Below are positions 26,423 through 40,614 of a stretch of DNA of 64,000 nt, in pieces. The stretch's first letter is position 1. Every line of letters begins with the position of its first letter. Source of the stretch: Paramecium tetraurelia (Eukaryota). The notes beneath the pieces were generated by a model. The model saw only the letters and a list, made by a program, of their open reading frames with translations. It had not been told where the DNA came from and did not search any database. The DNA is taken from the NCBI GenBank assembly GCA_000165425.1, contig CT867993.1, forward strand, positions 186,001-250,000, given 5' to 3'. The translations under genes and the position numbers were made by a program.

Positions 26423-27762
26423 ATATCTTTATTTATTTAATAATTATTTGCATCAATTTTAATCATATATATAATGGCTCAGAAAAGATATATCTCATTT
26501 CAGATATGACATCATTTTAATTATTTAAATTCTTTGCATTTTTCATTTAAAACCCACTTTCCTTTAACTCTTTCTTCTAATTTATAATAAATTCCTTAAT
26601 ATAATTTAAATGCAGAATGTTTTCATTTCTACACATGCTTCAAAATCTTAAATGCCAAAAACTCTATATTAGATTGCATACACATATTTCGTTGAGAAAG
26701 TATTTAAGCTATAAGTACAATATCTTATAATATTTTATATACTTAATATTAATAAGTGAAAATTTTCTATTATCAGCAATTTTACCTAAATTTGTTTCTA
26801 ATATTCCCATAAACGTAACGAAAATATTTTATTATCTCTACGATGCCTTCTGTATTAATTTCATAATTTTATCCTGTTAATACTAAATACCCCAAATAAA
26901 TACCATTTCAACATATTTTTAATGAAATTGTAGACTTTTTGAAAGTGGATGAAAATTGGGGTACATAAAGAATTTGTCAGTAGATTACAGCAATATTAGG
27001 GCAAATAAAGTCACTGCCTATTTTATAATAAATATCAGAGGTGCAACCAATGACTTCTTAAACTTATTTAAGATAAATTCAATTAAAGAGCAAAATTAAG
27101 AAAACTAGAAGATGTATGAGAATTTGCTTATCATAATAAGGACGAATAAATACAAAAGATCAGTATATTATTCAAAAAAAGTATTAAATATTTAATCTGA
27201 GATGAATTGATAAGAGGATGATAGTGATAATAAAATTGAGATTTTGAGCACAAAACTTGAATTCTATTTTATTAAAAGGTAGAGAGTAATAGTTGGTGAG
27301 GGCATTTTAAGAAGTTTTGAGACAATCATTTGGCATCTTGAATGTCTAATAGAAATGATTTTAAGTTGTGTTAATTAAAGATGGAAGCATCCGATTTGTA
27401 TAAAAAACAATTATTATTTCGTTTAGTTACTTTTTGAAAAACTTATTATAATCTTGTAAATTCTTTTAAATGTGGGATTAATATATGAAAAAAGGAACTT
27501 ATTGTATTTATTAGTAATATTAATTAAATTAGGCAAATAATTAATAAGATAGGAAAAAATGTAAAAGAGAAAAAGTAAGTTTGTTCCAAATTAATTAATC
27601 ATTTTTGAGATAAAAGAAAAATTAAAGGAAAATCAATGGAAGGTAACTTTAGTTGTCAAGAAGAATGATCATACTTTATATAATTTCCTATCATTTCCAA
27701 AGCCTACAAAATATATATGAGTTTTAATAAGAAAGTGTTATGGAATTAAAATATCTTTTTTA

Positions 27763-28898
27763 TCAATTAATAGCATTATGTCCATCCCCAGCAGCTTCAT
27801 CTAACCATCTTTATCTTCTACCATCAATCCATTCACCTTCTCTTTGTTCTCCCCCTGGCTTAACAAATATTCCCTTGCCATGTTATTTACCTTTTTTCCA
27901 TTCTCCAATATATTTTCTACCATCACTCCAAATAAAAGTCCCTTATCCATGCTTCTTATCATCCTCATAGCTTATGAATAGTGAAAAATTAATTACTCTC
28001 CCTCATAACTTCTTCCATCAGGCCAGGTGGTTGTTCCTTAGCCATGCATTTTATTTCTCTTCCATTCTCCTTAATATTTTCTATTATCAGCCCAAATATA
28101 CACTCCAAACCCATGGATGTCATTATTATCAAACTAACCTTCATACATGGATCCATCAGCAAATACTAGTTTCCCTTTACCATGCTTCTTCCCCTCTTCA
28201 TACTATCCTTCGTAATGAGCCCCGTCTGGCCATGTCTCTTTACCATTACCATGTTATTTATCATCCTTCCAAAATCCTACATATTGAGCTCCATTGTTGT
28301 GAATGTATTTGCCCTCTCCATTTGCTTTGTCATTTAGCCATTCACCTTCGTATACATCTCCATCAGCATGTATTAATTTGCCTTTTCCACATGCCTTATC
28401 ATTCTACCAATATCCTTCATAAACTGAACCTAAACACTTGATTATTATAATTACCATCTGGCCAAACTTATTTTCCCCAACCCCATCTCATTTTCCCTCT
28501 CCATTAACCAGCATATGTGGCACCTTTTAATGTAAATCAAAGATAATACCAGTCTCCAAAGTTACTGGTTCATACTCTTTCTACTCATCAGGAACAGGTT
28601 GTTGATTATTTTAACTATCTTTATGAGGATTAACTGAAGCTTCGTTGCTTTCAACTAGTTTAACTTTTTCTTTGTAGGACTCATTTTTCTATTTGTCCTC
28701 CTGTTGTTGTTCCTACTTTTTTTCATCTAAAATCTCCTCTTTAGGTTAAGCTTATTATTAAGCATCATCTTATGGGACATTTCCAACAGCAAACACTTAT
28801 TCTATTTATTACTATTCCTCCAAATCCACCTTCTATTTCTTATCCTCAATTGTTTGTGCTACCATATCCTTACCACAAATTCCAGTGCAGTTGCCCAT
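27763..28898 (-). CDS. MORN-repeat protein with predicted N-myristoylation/palmitoylation
   Basis: Starts MGNCTGICG; about nine tandem YxGxW/FxxxxxxGxG repeats (e.g. [18 protein letters not shown]). Confidence 0.9.
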
Positions 28899-28949
28899 AA
28901 TTCCTTTTTTATATAATAATTAAATAATGAAAAATTAATCATTATGGAC

Positions 28950-29480
28950 AAAATATATATCTCATAATTCCTCCCAACTTCAATTTAAATACCAGCTCAA
29001 CCCTCCCTCCTTCAATATATCTCTTGTTCCCTGTTAATTTGCTTTTTTAGCTTTTTAATTTTTTAGAAACATCATCCCTAAGCCCAAGTCATTTATAACC
29101 ATATTACCATGTAATCCTATTACCTATTCAAATATGTCGCTTGCTCATAATCCTAAAATGTCAAACTACTTATAAAATAAATTATTCATCACTATATCCG
29201 AATTTCATTCTCTTTTATCAAAGACACTTTGTATTGTATGGAATTAATAGAGAAACAAAATTATGATTAGTATATAGACCTTTGAAGAGCAATTGGTTAA
29301 AGCAATTGATTAAAGCTTATTAAATAACTCTGATTTATTATAATCTTATTTGATAATATTTACATTGTTATAAATCTTCCTTAATTAACTCAAAATTTAA
29401 GGTTTAAATCCCTCTATATCACTTCTCTTTAATATTTACTTACTTTCTCATTAATATACTATCCTGATTTTATCATATAT
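28950..29480 (-). pseudogene. Possible decayed kinase (CK1-like) relic
   Basis: Broken frames contain VIQRDLNL, INDLGLG and LTGNKRY, resembling HRDxKP, IDFGL and LTGTxRY; interrupted by TGA and frameshifts. Confidence 0.3.
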
Positions 29481-29663
29481 TCTTGTTTGTATTTATTTTA
29501 ACCAGTAAAATATTAACTAATTAATTAATCGTGATTATTCAATTATTAAACCATCTTTTCTTTTAACTAAGAATCTCAAGAAGTATATTTAATTTCTTTA
29601 AATCTCTAGAACACAGTTCTCGAAACTATCTAATTAATGTATAATAAACATATTATAAACAAT

Positions 29664-32600
29664 TCAACAATTTCTCAAATTGACAAATCCCCTTCCTAAT
29701 TCGACCAACTCTTAAAATGTACCCTATTCTACTATGGTTCCATTTTCCATATAGTAAATTCGATCATAATCCTTTAATGCTTCCAATCTATGTGAGATTG
29801 TTATTATTGTCTTTCCACACTCTCTCAAATATTATTAAATGAAATCTTCCACAGATTAATCTACGCTTGCAGTCGCTTCATCTAAACAAATGATATCTGG
29901 ATTTTATAACACAACTCTTGAAAATGAAATCAACTGTCTCATCCCCTAAGAAATTTAATTTGACTCTATCTATGTCTCACTATCCATTGGAATGTATTTT
30001 GAAATAAGATCCTAATCAGAGCAATCCAAATTCTCACTCAAAGTTCCATCAAATACAAATCCTGATTAAGGAATAACACCCACTTTATTTCTCCATTAAA
30101 AAAGCTATTATGATGGCACCGACATTTCTCCATAAGTTTGCTCATATAATTGAAATAAAACTGCCAAAATTGAAGATTTGCCACTTCCTGTCCTCCCACA
30201 AAATGCTATCCTCTTTCCTTATTCAATCTCTAAGTTTATTCCTTTTAATGCTAACTACCCATTAAGGTACTATAATTGAACATCCTTAAACTTTATCTCT
30301 TTGGAATAATTCAAGTATTTATTTTGTTCCATTGAATTATTACAATATTTGTTTACTCTTTCATATGATACCAGTTCTTGTTCACAAGTAGTTAACGATA
30401 ATGTTAAATCCTTAAATATACTTATCTTAGTCAAAGAGTAATATAATAACAATTATAAGGTTGACTTACTGATAGACAACTCATAGTATAAACTTAAAGC
30501 AGTGAACAATAGAATAAAAAATACGATGAATCCTGCAATTAGTTGCAATCTTATCTATAACCACAATGCAATTACTCTACTACACCATTAAACTTAAGTG
30601 GCTTGTGTTAGTTTATTTAGAAATATACCTTAAAATATATTATATTCATAAATACTTCTAAATTCTTCCCGTTTATTGAAGGCATTTATAGTTAAAATTC
30701 CTTTGAATTACTCAAAAATGATGGTTGCCAAATTTGAATTAGTCTCTGCATCCAATCTACGTAATGACAGACTGGTTGGTCTGTATAGTTATTATAATCT
30801 ATAAAATAGTAGTGCTGACACTATTACAGGTAGCATCAATTGATACTAAAGAACAACCAACACAATTAAGGTTCCGATACAATTAAAAACGTTATTGCAT
30901 AATATATTCAACTCAAATGGAAATCTGTTATCTATAACATTTTGATCATCTGAGAATCGTATTAATATCTGTCCACTATCCTCAGCATCAAAAAAAGAAC
31001 AAGTTGCATGCATCACATGGCTCAATAAATTACTGAATATAGATTTGGCTTAAACTAAATTACCATAAGCAAACGACACAGCTCTTGATAATTTGATGAT
31101 TATATCTAAAACTAATAATACAAATAAGGTCAATTCAAAAGAATTACTAAAGATAAATATTGGATTCTAATTAATATAGGAGTTTAGCCATAAATCATAG
31201 ACATTAAAAGACATTTACATTAAAGCTAATGAAATCAATATCCATAAAAAGTTGTTTAACCCTAGTGCTTGTAAATAGCAGGAGATTGAGTTTTAAGCCT
31301 TCTTGATTTCAGGTTTTTCATTATTTTCTCTTTCCTGCTACACTGTTTCTTATTAGACAATATTGCCACTCTACTCTTTCAAATCAAAGGTTATATCCTG
31401 CAAATCTTGGAAATACATATCAATTTTCTGTTAATCATAAATGACCTAACCCTCCTGAATAATTATAATTTAATCTGCATATTTTTTGTATCTCTGCAAA
31501 TGATTATCATTTAATGCAAATATTATCGGTTTCTTTAACTTCAATAAATTATAAAAAATGCTATCTCCTACTAGTGGATCTAAACTACTAAAGATATCAT
31601 CCATTAGATATATATTACTATAATTGTACAAAGCTCTACAGATACACAATCTCTATTTTTATCCTCCTGATAGTTTAGATCCATCAGGGCCAACATCAAA
31701 TAAGTCCTTCTCTGGATATTGTTTAATATCATCAATTAAATTACTCAAAATCAAGCACTATTGGTATAACTCAGCGTCATAATTTGATTACATTAAAATG
31801 TTATCCCTAATTGTCCCTTTAAAAAGCCAACATTATTGCGAAACATATGAAAATTCTTAATTTACTTAAAAAAATCCAGAATACGGCTTCATTTAATTCA
31901 AAAGCGAGAGTAGAAATGAAGATTTTCCTGATCCCACTTTTCCTCCAATGAATACTATATTATCTATCTTGAAGTGAGGAATTTTCAAGGTGAATGCGGC
32001 ATCAAAATCCCATTTTAGCTCTGCTAAGTTAATTTGAATGCCTTCTTCAAACTAATTTTTAACTTTTCGAGTTATCACAAATGAATTAATTCTTTTAAAC
32101 GAAGTCTTTGCTTATAGCATCCCAGCCAAAGTCCAAGGTAATGCGTTTAAAGGATTTGTTAATAATGAAAATACATAAATGATGGTAAATACATTATCTA
32201 GATCGTTGTTTTGGTGAAATATATGTATACAGTAATTGAAGATATCAGAAGTATTAGTAATTGACCAAAAGATGACACAGAGAGAATCCAGCCATTTTGA
32301 ACCTGCAATAACTGCGAATTCTTTATCTCTGAGATTCATAATTTTGGATTCCCATTTGTTCTCCCATTTCAGAAATTTGATAGATTTAGGATTAGTAATA
32401 AACTCTTTTAAAGCTTTCATTCTTTAATCTTTGTAGATCAGACCTGATGAATAATATTGGCCTATTTTGTTTGCAATTGCAAAATTGATAAGCATTAAAA
32501 TGATGGCTATAGTAAATCCTACAAAAACTGCCTCTTGTATTTGCAAATATAAAATTGTCATGCCTATCATCAATTTTAGAATTAAAGACCAAAATTCATG

Positions 32601-33179
32601 AAAACTTATAAAATAATTCATGATTGTATTGACATCAATATTGATTAGGTTCATGAGATCTAAATTAGATTAGGCTTCAATGGAATTATACAATGTTTAG
32701 ATCAAGAATGATTTACATCTGAACTCTAAAATCTTGATTTAATAATTGTATTATGTATCAGTGAGGGTAGACACTAAGGTTGAACACAAGACTGCACCTG
32801 AGTAGACTACAAAGTCGTTATTTGATTAATCTACCGCAGTAGTCAAGTAATTGATTAAAATTGGAGTAGTGAATAAAAAAATAACCGAGAATAATTTTAG
32901 CAATCCAATCCATATAAAATTCTGCAAAAACATTTTCTACAAGGTCTTCAAAATGGGTTCATTGTTCTCCAATCCTCCATCATATTAACCAATTAGTTCA
33001 TTGGGTAGGTAATTAGAATCACTAAGAGTGTTTTCTACTTCCTCCAAAGTAATAATTCTCTCCTTCGATTATATGATTTTGCGGATTTAAGTGAAGAATA
33101 AACTACTCAGATTTTATTTGTAATTTTTAGACATATAGGACTGGATCTCTTCATTCAAATTTTGATGTTGAACTTTCAT
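29664..33179 (-). CDS. ABC transporter, ABCC/MRP subfamily (TMD-NBD-TMD-NBD)
   Basis: Walker A GKVGSGKS and GRTGSGKS, signature LSGGQKQRLCICRALY, DDIFSSLD, LDEATASVD, ISHRL; FFDAEDSGQILIRFSDD in TMD2. Confidence 0.93.
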
Positions 33180-33258
33180 GAATAAAATATTCCTGTTGAT
33201 TTATAAGAATGATAATTTTAAAACAAAAGAATTGTAAAACATAATAGACTTAATATAT

Positions 33259-36009
33259 TCATTTTTCTGTTAATTCTCTATACCCCTTCCAATCTTAAGG
33301 AGCTTTGAAATTAGTTTCTCCCATTACATTAAAAAGTGTACTGATTGGACCATCATTCGGTTTAAGTTACTTAGCTTTTTCAAACCACATATGGGCCTCT
33401 TTCCAATTTCCCAACAGGTAGCCTTAGAATCCTTGACCAAATTGATGCTAGATTTAGTAGTATGTATAACATTACCAAGAATTCTGGATTGAAATTTTTA
33501 GTTATAAGTCCAAGATCCTTGTTTCTTTTCATATACAATTCTCCATTAAAATCACCAGACTCTAATTATTAAAGAAAGATTTGCTTTTTCTCATACATCA
33601 CTTATTGCTTCTCTTCCTAAGGGTAATCCTACTTACTAAGAGGCAAATCATCTCCCTCCATCTCAACTGTGAACAAACCAACAGGCTTAACACTTCCCTT
33701 CACTGTAACTTTATCGATCTATCTTGTATATTTCTTGATTTCATTGGAGAAATATTGGTGCAATTCACTTGAGATCAAGACTGCCACTCCATATTATTTA
33801 GTTGCAGCTTCTAAACGGGAGGCCATGTTAACATTTGGACTTAGATAGGAGGCATCAATTTTGAATTCTGATCCAATGGCCCCTTCTATACCCCATCCTA
33901 TATGCAATCCGAATCCCATCTTGACTTTATATCCTGGCAAACGTTGACTTAATCTCTCATCATTTCTATATTCTAATATTTTGGGTTCTCTATTGATCTT
34001 AGCATATATCTTCATGAAAGCAATTAGAGCACAATCAGCTAATTAATTTATGAACACCAAGTTGGACCTTGTATAATATAATGATATTTACCATTTGATT
34101 TCATTTCCATCCTCATACCATTAAGAATCATTGATTTTCCAAACTAATAAGAATGCATCTCCTATGTTTTTATTGGCTGATCCTTGATATCGATCCACCA
34201 TTGAATGAACAATCTCAGCTATATTATTGACAAACAACATCACATCTTTTTGCAAGACCTCAGTGGCATCAGTGAAATTACGAATATCACAAAATCCATA
34301 AATTGCCCATTTACGTTTACCTGGTAACATAGGATCCACATCTCCTGATGATGCCATATTAGTTCCTATAATAGCAGAACCTGCATCACCAAATCCTAAT
34401 GCCAACAAGGCCCCTATTTTGATGATAGCATTTTCTATCTAAGTGGTTTCCTTTTGGGTTCCTTCAGATTCTAATTTCATCTCCTTAGCCAATTAAGGAT
34501 TCTTAGCTATTAAATTGACTTTCACTATCATCCTATCTATTGGTTTCAATGCAACATTACTAGCATCATTGGAAAATGCAATTGCTCCAAATAACAATAC
34601 AGCACTCACAAATAAGGTATTAACAATATTGATAATTGAATTCTTAGACTCAACATCAGAATTATCTGAGACAAAAAGAATGACAGGATCACCGATGTAA
34701 TCCAATCCCACTAATACAGGATCTACTAATTCAAAATAATAGCTTTTCGAACTTTCTCTTAAAAATTAATATGAAGGGGTTTCGTAATTCTCTATCTCAG
34801 TAAATGGGTTAGTGATATATCCTACAGGTGTGTCAAATGATTTATGCTAATCGATCACAAAATTAATTGTCTAATTGATCTCACTTAATTTAGTATTCGG
34901 AATTTCAGCCACAACTCTGAAATATGAAGCTGCATAAGCCAAACTATATGAGGGTTCAAAATAGTAATCAGAACTAAATAAAGGCATGATTAAAAGCAAT
35001 ATAATGACAAGGATGATGACTTTCTTCGTTGTGGAATCTGATAATCTCTTGCTCACTCTTGATTCTTTTATTTCTTTTGCTTTGATTTACGATGGTTCTT
35101 TCATAGACTGTCTACGATTTGGTAAGCTCTTTGGAATCGAATTCTCAATTTAGAGTTATTTTGCAACCATATTTTAATTTTCTCGATTTTCTTAACTATT
35201 CGCATTATCTTCTCCTTCTGGTTTATGACTCTCAATACTGCCCCGTTATTCAGTGTGATTCTCTTTTTTATTTAGATTCTCTTATTCAATTGCTATATTA
35301 TTAATGTTCTCATAAACAGATGGATAAATTGTTGCTCTACTTTTTTTAATGGTCTAAGTTCGGATTGGTTACCTTTTGAATGCTTATTCCTACGAATAAC
35401 TAGCTGCCTTATACAACTTAACTATTCTAATTAATCTAACAAGACGAACAACTCTAATTGCTTTTGAACTAGTCTTAGAGGCTTTGTTGGCTTGGGACAA
35501 TTAGGAGGCGGATTTTGCAGCTACGGAACCTCTAAAATAAGATTAGGGGGGGAAATAGTTACTGTAAACCAACTGCAATATTGAACTAGGTGATATCCAA
35601 AATTTAAGAAACTGTTGATATTATATCCAGCCAGAAAAAGAATGAATTAAAATAGTCAGTTCTAACCATGCTTGCAATGACAATTTCAATTGAAAATATT
35701 ATCTACCATAGATGATGATTTTACCATGCATATTATAGTGATTACATCGAATCCATCATCAGCTCTTTTATCAAAAGCAATAATTCTAATGTCATCGCCA
35801 AATAGAGCATAGATAGTTAACAGATTTACGAATATTTAAAACCAACTACTATCCAAAATACTCGTTAAGAGTGGAAACTTATCACTGAATTCATAATTTT
35901 TTCATTACATTTCTTAATCTTGACCAAACACGTCGATATCATCAGCGTTGCTCTCTTCTGAAATTACAGATTAGTTATCAACTTCTGGATTTACTTGCGG
36001 TTCATTCAT
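33259..36009 (-). CDS. Adenylyl cyclase with N-terminal voltage-sensor/ion-channel-like domain
   Basis: TM segments (LLTIYALFGDDIRIIAF), S4-like IRVVRLVRLIRIVKLYK, class III cyclase motifs GFCDIRNFT, NKNIGDAFLLVW, GFGLHIGWGIEGAIGSEFKIDASYLSPNVNMASRLE. Confidence 0.93.
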
Positions 36010-36635
36010 TATTATTTCTATTTTAATTATTATACATATTCCTAAATTTATAACTATATAATAATATAATTAACTAAATTATTTATAAGTAAGATCTTTT
36101 TCAAAATATATTCTTCAATCTTTCCAATTTCGTTTTCATAAATATATAAATAAAGAATAATTATATCTATCAATGAGATTAGGGTTGGTTGGTTTTCCGT
36201 TTTTTCCTTTTTGCATCAGTTTTTCCAATTCAATTCATTTTTCATCATCACAATTTGTAATAATAGAAAAGTGTGAGAAAAATGTCTCTGCATCAATCTA
36301 AAGGAATTTCTTCTTGATAACTTTTTTACTCAGTCTTAAAACTCAATTAAGGTGTTGATGTTTTCAATTTAATTACAGTTACCTGTGTATCTGTAATAAG
36401 CATAAGGTCCTTACTAAATGGATTTTGAATCAGTTGTTTAAGCACAGATTTCTTTGATTCATCTATATTATAATTTATATTTTATATTATAAGATTCTGA
36501 ATTTAAATAATGAATTCATTACTGTTTAAAGGAATACTTACTTTTGCATTACTAGAATTATTCAAATATTGCGGATTCTGATAAAAGAGTATTATTGATA
36601 GTATTAAAAATCTTAACTAATTACGAGAATTATAA

Positions 36636-37052
36636 TCAATTCCATATTTAAGATTTCGGGACATTGAATCGTTGAGCATATTTGGTGTATATACCTAATT
36701 CTCTATTTTTAATTTCTTCTATTTTCTGTCTGGATGCCAAATTGATTTTGTTATTCCTATAAAATGAATTTCTAAACCCAATATGTTATTCTAATTAGGA
36801 GGAAACAACAGGAGATTTGTGAACATTTTGTCTCCTCCTCTTCTTGTCTACCATGACTCGTATATCCACTTTCTGTAATGGCGGTAGTGATCTTTTTTAT
36901 TATTCTCGTGAATTTTTTTCTGAATACTAATCTTCGTCAGTCTCATTTATGGGGAGTGGATTGGTTCCCTCCATTTCAGCTAAAAAAATTGGTACTCTCT
37001 TAAAATTAACACCATAAATCTAATCAAGAGTAAGAGGAATAGATTAAATCAT
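36636..37052 (-). CDS. Small hypothetical protein (~138 aa)
   Basis: Uninterrupted code-6 frame MIQSIPLTLDQIYGVNFKRVPIFLAEMEG...RFNVPKSQIWN*. Confidence 0.55.
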
Positions 37053-37376
37053 TTTGTATTTCCAATTAAAGTTCCTATTAATAATAATAATCATAATAAA
37101 TTTGGCTTCTGTAAATGTAAATCATGTTCTCAGATGTTCTCTCAAGTGGGCATCCAAGTACAGGAGCAATAATAAACGGGATATTTGTAAGCAATTGGAA
37201 ATTCGTTTAGAAAATTATGCAAAAATGAGCGTTTTATTTAGGTTTTGGGGTGATTGAAAATATAATAATAAAAGGGGGGGGAGTAAGAAATTCTGGGTGA
37301 ATATTATTATCATTCTATAATCTTCAAAGACTCATAAATTTATTTATTATTAGTTTGTAAGAATTAATATAAATCA

Positions 37377-40292
37377 ATGAATTAGTAATTGCTGTCTGAG
37401 AAATTGCAATTGAGTGGATTGAAAATTGAATCATGTGGATTTATTAGGACATTTGATTATCTTAGGAATTTGAAGTTGTAAGATGAAATTCGGATTGAGG
37501 ATATTGGTGCACATAATATCTATAAATTTAGTGTTAGAATATTAAATCAGTAATATATCATAAGGAGAAGGGTGAAGGATTTCTAGTAGTTGGAATCAAC
37601 GACAAATCCTGATCCGCTTTTTTTATTCAAAAAAAGAGAAGTAATAAAAGAAAGTATGGAAGATTAACCCAAAGAGAAATAATAAATTTTGTTCAATTTT
37701 TTGAAGTCATTTCTGCAGAGTGAAAATTTGAATGAGCTAACTCAAGAGGTTTTAAAGTTTTTTGAGATTTCTGAAGTGGAGTATGGCGATTTCAAAAAGT
37801 TCAAGGAATGCACCTTAAAAAAGAGAGCAGGAGGAAGATTCTCCGAAAGTAGATGCACCAGATGCGGAACCCTCTGGGGAAGATGGTCAAAAAGGTACGT
37901 ATTCCAACATTAAAATTAGATATTTCTATATATCGAATAATGGAGTGATGTATTGTAAGGGTCCCTTCGGACAAAGAGCATAGATGAGAGAATAATTGGT
38001 GTTTGATTACAATTTTCGAATGAAATATGGTAAGGCAGGAACTGGTTACAATCGAGGTATCAAATTAGAGTTCGCGACAAGACATCTATTGCTTGTTGCC
38101 CCTGATTACTTCACTTATACAGAATTCTTAACAGCATTAAACCAAGCATAATAGTGCTGTCCTTACATGCAGCTCCATAGATTCAATTCCTTTGCCCCCA
38201 TAAAGGATAGTCATTGCAAATGGTACATCGACGGAGAGGGGTATTTCAGCGATGTGATGACTGCCTTGTTGAGTGCCAAGGAATATGTATATATTACTGA
38301 TTGGTGGATGAGTCCAGATCTCTACTTAAGGAGACCCATAGCCATAGATTAAAATGATTAAATAAATTAGGATTCCAGATTGGATAGGATCCTCAAGAAG
38401 ATTGCAGATAGGGGAGTGGCCGTCTACATCTTAATGTATTTAGAGCCCACCATAGCATTAAAGCATGATTCAAATCACACTAAACTTTTCCTTGAAAGAC
38501 TGTCTCAAAATATCATAGTCTTAAGACATCCCTCACCTATGCCTTAATTATGGAGTCATCATGAGAAGATTGTGGTTGTAGATGGATCAGTGGGATTTAT
38601 GGGAGGCCTCGATTTGTGTTTTGGCAGAATGGACACTCAATAGCATTTACTCACTGATTTGGATGTGAGGAAACAGTTCTGGCCAGGGATTGATTATGCA
38701 AATAATAGAATGAAGGATTTTGAGAGTGTTCACAAAAGTGGAGAGAGCTAAATCAACAGGAGTGATCCTAGGATGCCTTGGCATGATATTGCAGTCAAAG
38801 TAAGTGGATAATCAGTTAGTGATTTAGTCAGACATTTCGAATAGTATTGGAATCACGTTATGATTAGTCAGAATTTTTAAAAGAGAATACAACATTAATT
38901 ATAAGGAAATGCTAAAAATCCAAGCAATTATTATAAAATCTAAGATGCTCAATTGCAAACTACCCATGATACTTTCTTCTAAAAATATAAGAATGAAATC
39001 AGGGAGGAGTATCAATGTTAGGTTCCAGAAGAAGAGTTCAAAGATAATTTGGAGAAGGCGATTACAAAATCTTATAATCCAAAACAAAGGTTGTCAGCCA
39101 TTTTCCCCAATAAACAATAATGTAATAAGGACTTTATGGAAATTCTTGAGAAAATTCATGGATAAAAGTAAGAAGATGAGGAAGATTTCGAAGAGAGTAT
39201 TGTGCCGATAAATAAACAATTTCGATCAAGCATTATGATTCAACCTAAATTGTAGATTGTCTACGAGAAGGGAGAATGTCAGACTTAAATTTTGAGATCA
39301 GCATCAAATTGGTCAATTGGTTGCTCTCCTGCCAACACTGAATTCTCTATTCAAATTGCTTATACTCATCTTATATCAGAAGCTCAAAATTTCATTTACA
39401 TTGAAAATCAATTCTTCATTAGTGCTGTCGATGACAATCACAAGACCTTAGAAAATAAAGTAGCTTTGGCTCTAGTTCAGAGAATCAAAAAGGCAGCCCT
39501 AAAAAAAGAGAAATTCAAAGTGATAGTATTCTTGCCTTTATTACCTGGCTTTGCTGGAGAAATTGACAAGGATTCTGCAGTTTTGAAGGTCTAATTGCAT
39601 TGGGAATATTAGACAATTAGTAGAGGAGGGAACTCCATTCTTGAGACACTTAAAAAGGATGCCAACATTTAAGATCCTAGTGAATATATTGAATTTTATT
39701 CATTGAGAACACACACCAAGATTTTGGATGTTCCGAAAACTGAATAAATTTATATTCATTCTAAACTTATGATTGTTGATGATGAATATGCTCTTATCGG
39801 ATCTGCAAATATCAATGATCGAAGTTTGGTTGGAAATCGAGATTCAGAAATTGCAATTGTCATTTATGATAATAAAAAAAAGAGATCCATGATGGGCGGT
39901 GAAGTTGTGGGAAGGTCTATATTTGCTTAGGAGTTAAGGACTTCCCTCTACATGGAACATTTCGGATTAACATATGAATAAGTCATAGATCCTTTGAGTC
40001 CAGAATTAGAACAACTAATTAGATATAATACTCGTAGAAACACAATTATATATAGATAAGTATTTGCATGTTACCCTGATGATTATATTAAATCATTGAA
40101 TGACTATTAAACTGTAAATGAATATTTAATTTTTAGTTTAAATCTTAAGGAGACCTTTCCAAATATGATTAATTATCTTAATAAATTGTAGGTCATGCCG
40201 TTGAATTCCCCTTAGAATTTTTATGCAAAGAGGATTTGACAATTAAAATCTTGAGTATGGAAATTATCGTTCCAGAAATCAATTTTACATGA
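37377..40292 (+). CDS. Phospholipase D (PX/PH-type, two HKD motifs)
   Basis: [35 protein letters not shown]...[37 protein letters not shown]...[17 protein letters not shown]. Confidence 0.95.
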
Positions 40293-40614
40293 ATTTAAAT
40301 TATACACAATTTTAATGCGCTTAATGTACATTTCTTATTAATTTTATGTTTACTAGCTAAAATCTTATATTCTTTAATTAACGTATTCATCATCCATAAT
40401 GATATGATTATTAAGTTTATGAAGAATAAATATTTTGTTTGGATTAGATGAAATCAGATTAGTTCATTTATATATGTAAGAATAACCCGAAAGTATCATC
40501 ATTTATATTTATAACTCACCTGCGGATAAATAGACTTGTTCATATTTGTTTATTATACTTCATTTTTAGAATATTGTGGAAATTCGTTAAGAAATTAATC
40601 CATTAATATTAATA

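Noticed and set aside
27800..28530. Roughly 69-nt periodic repeats
   Set aside because: Explained by 23-aa MORN repeats.
36150..36470. Possible small minus-strand gene between the cyclase and the 36636 gene
   Set aside because: Short coding-like pieces, but no consistent start, splice and stop model.
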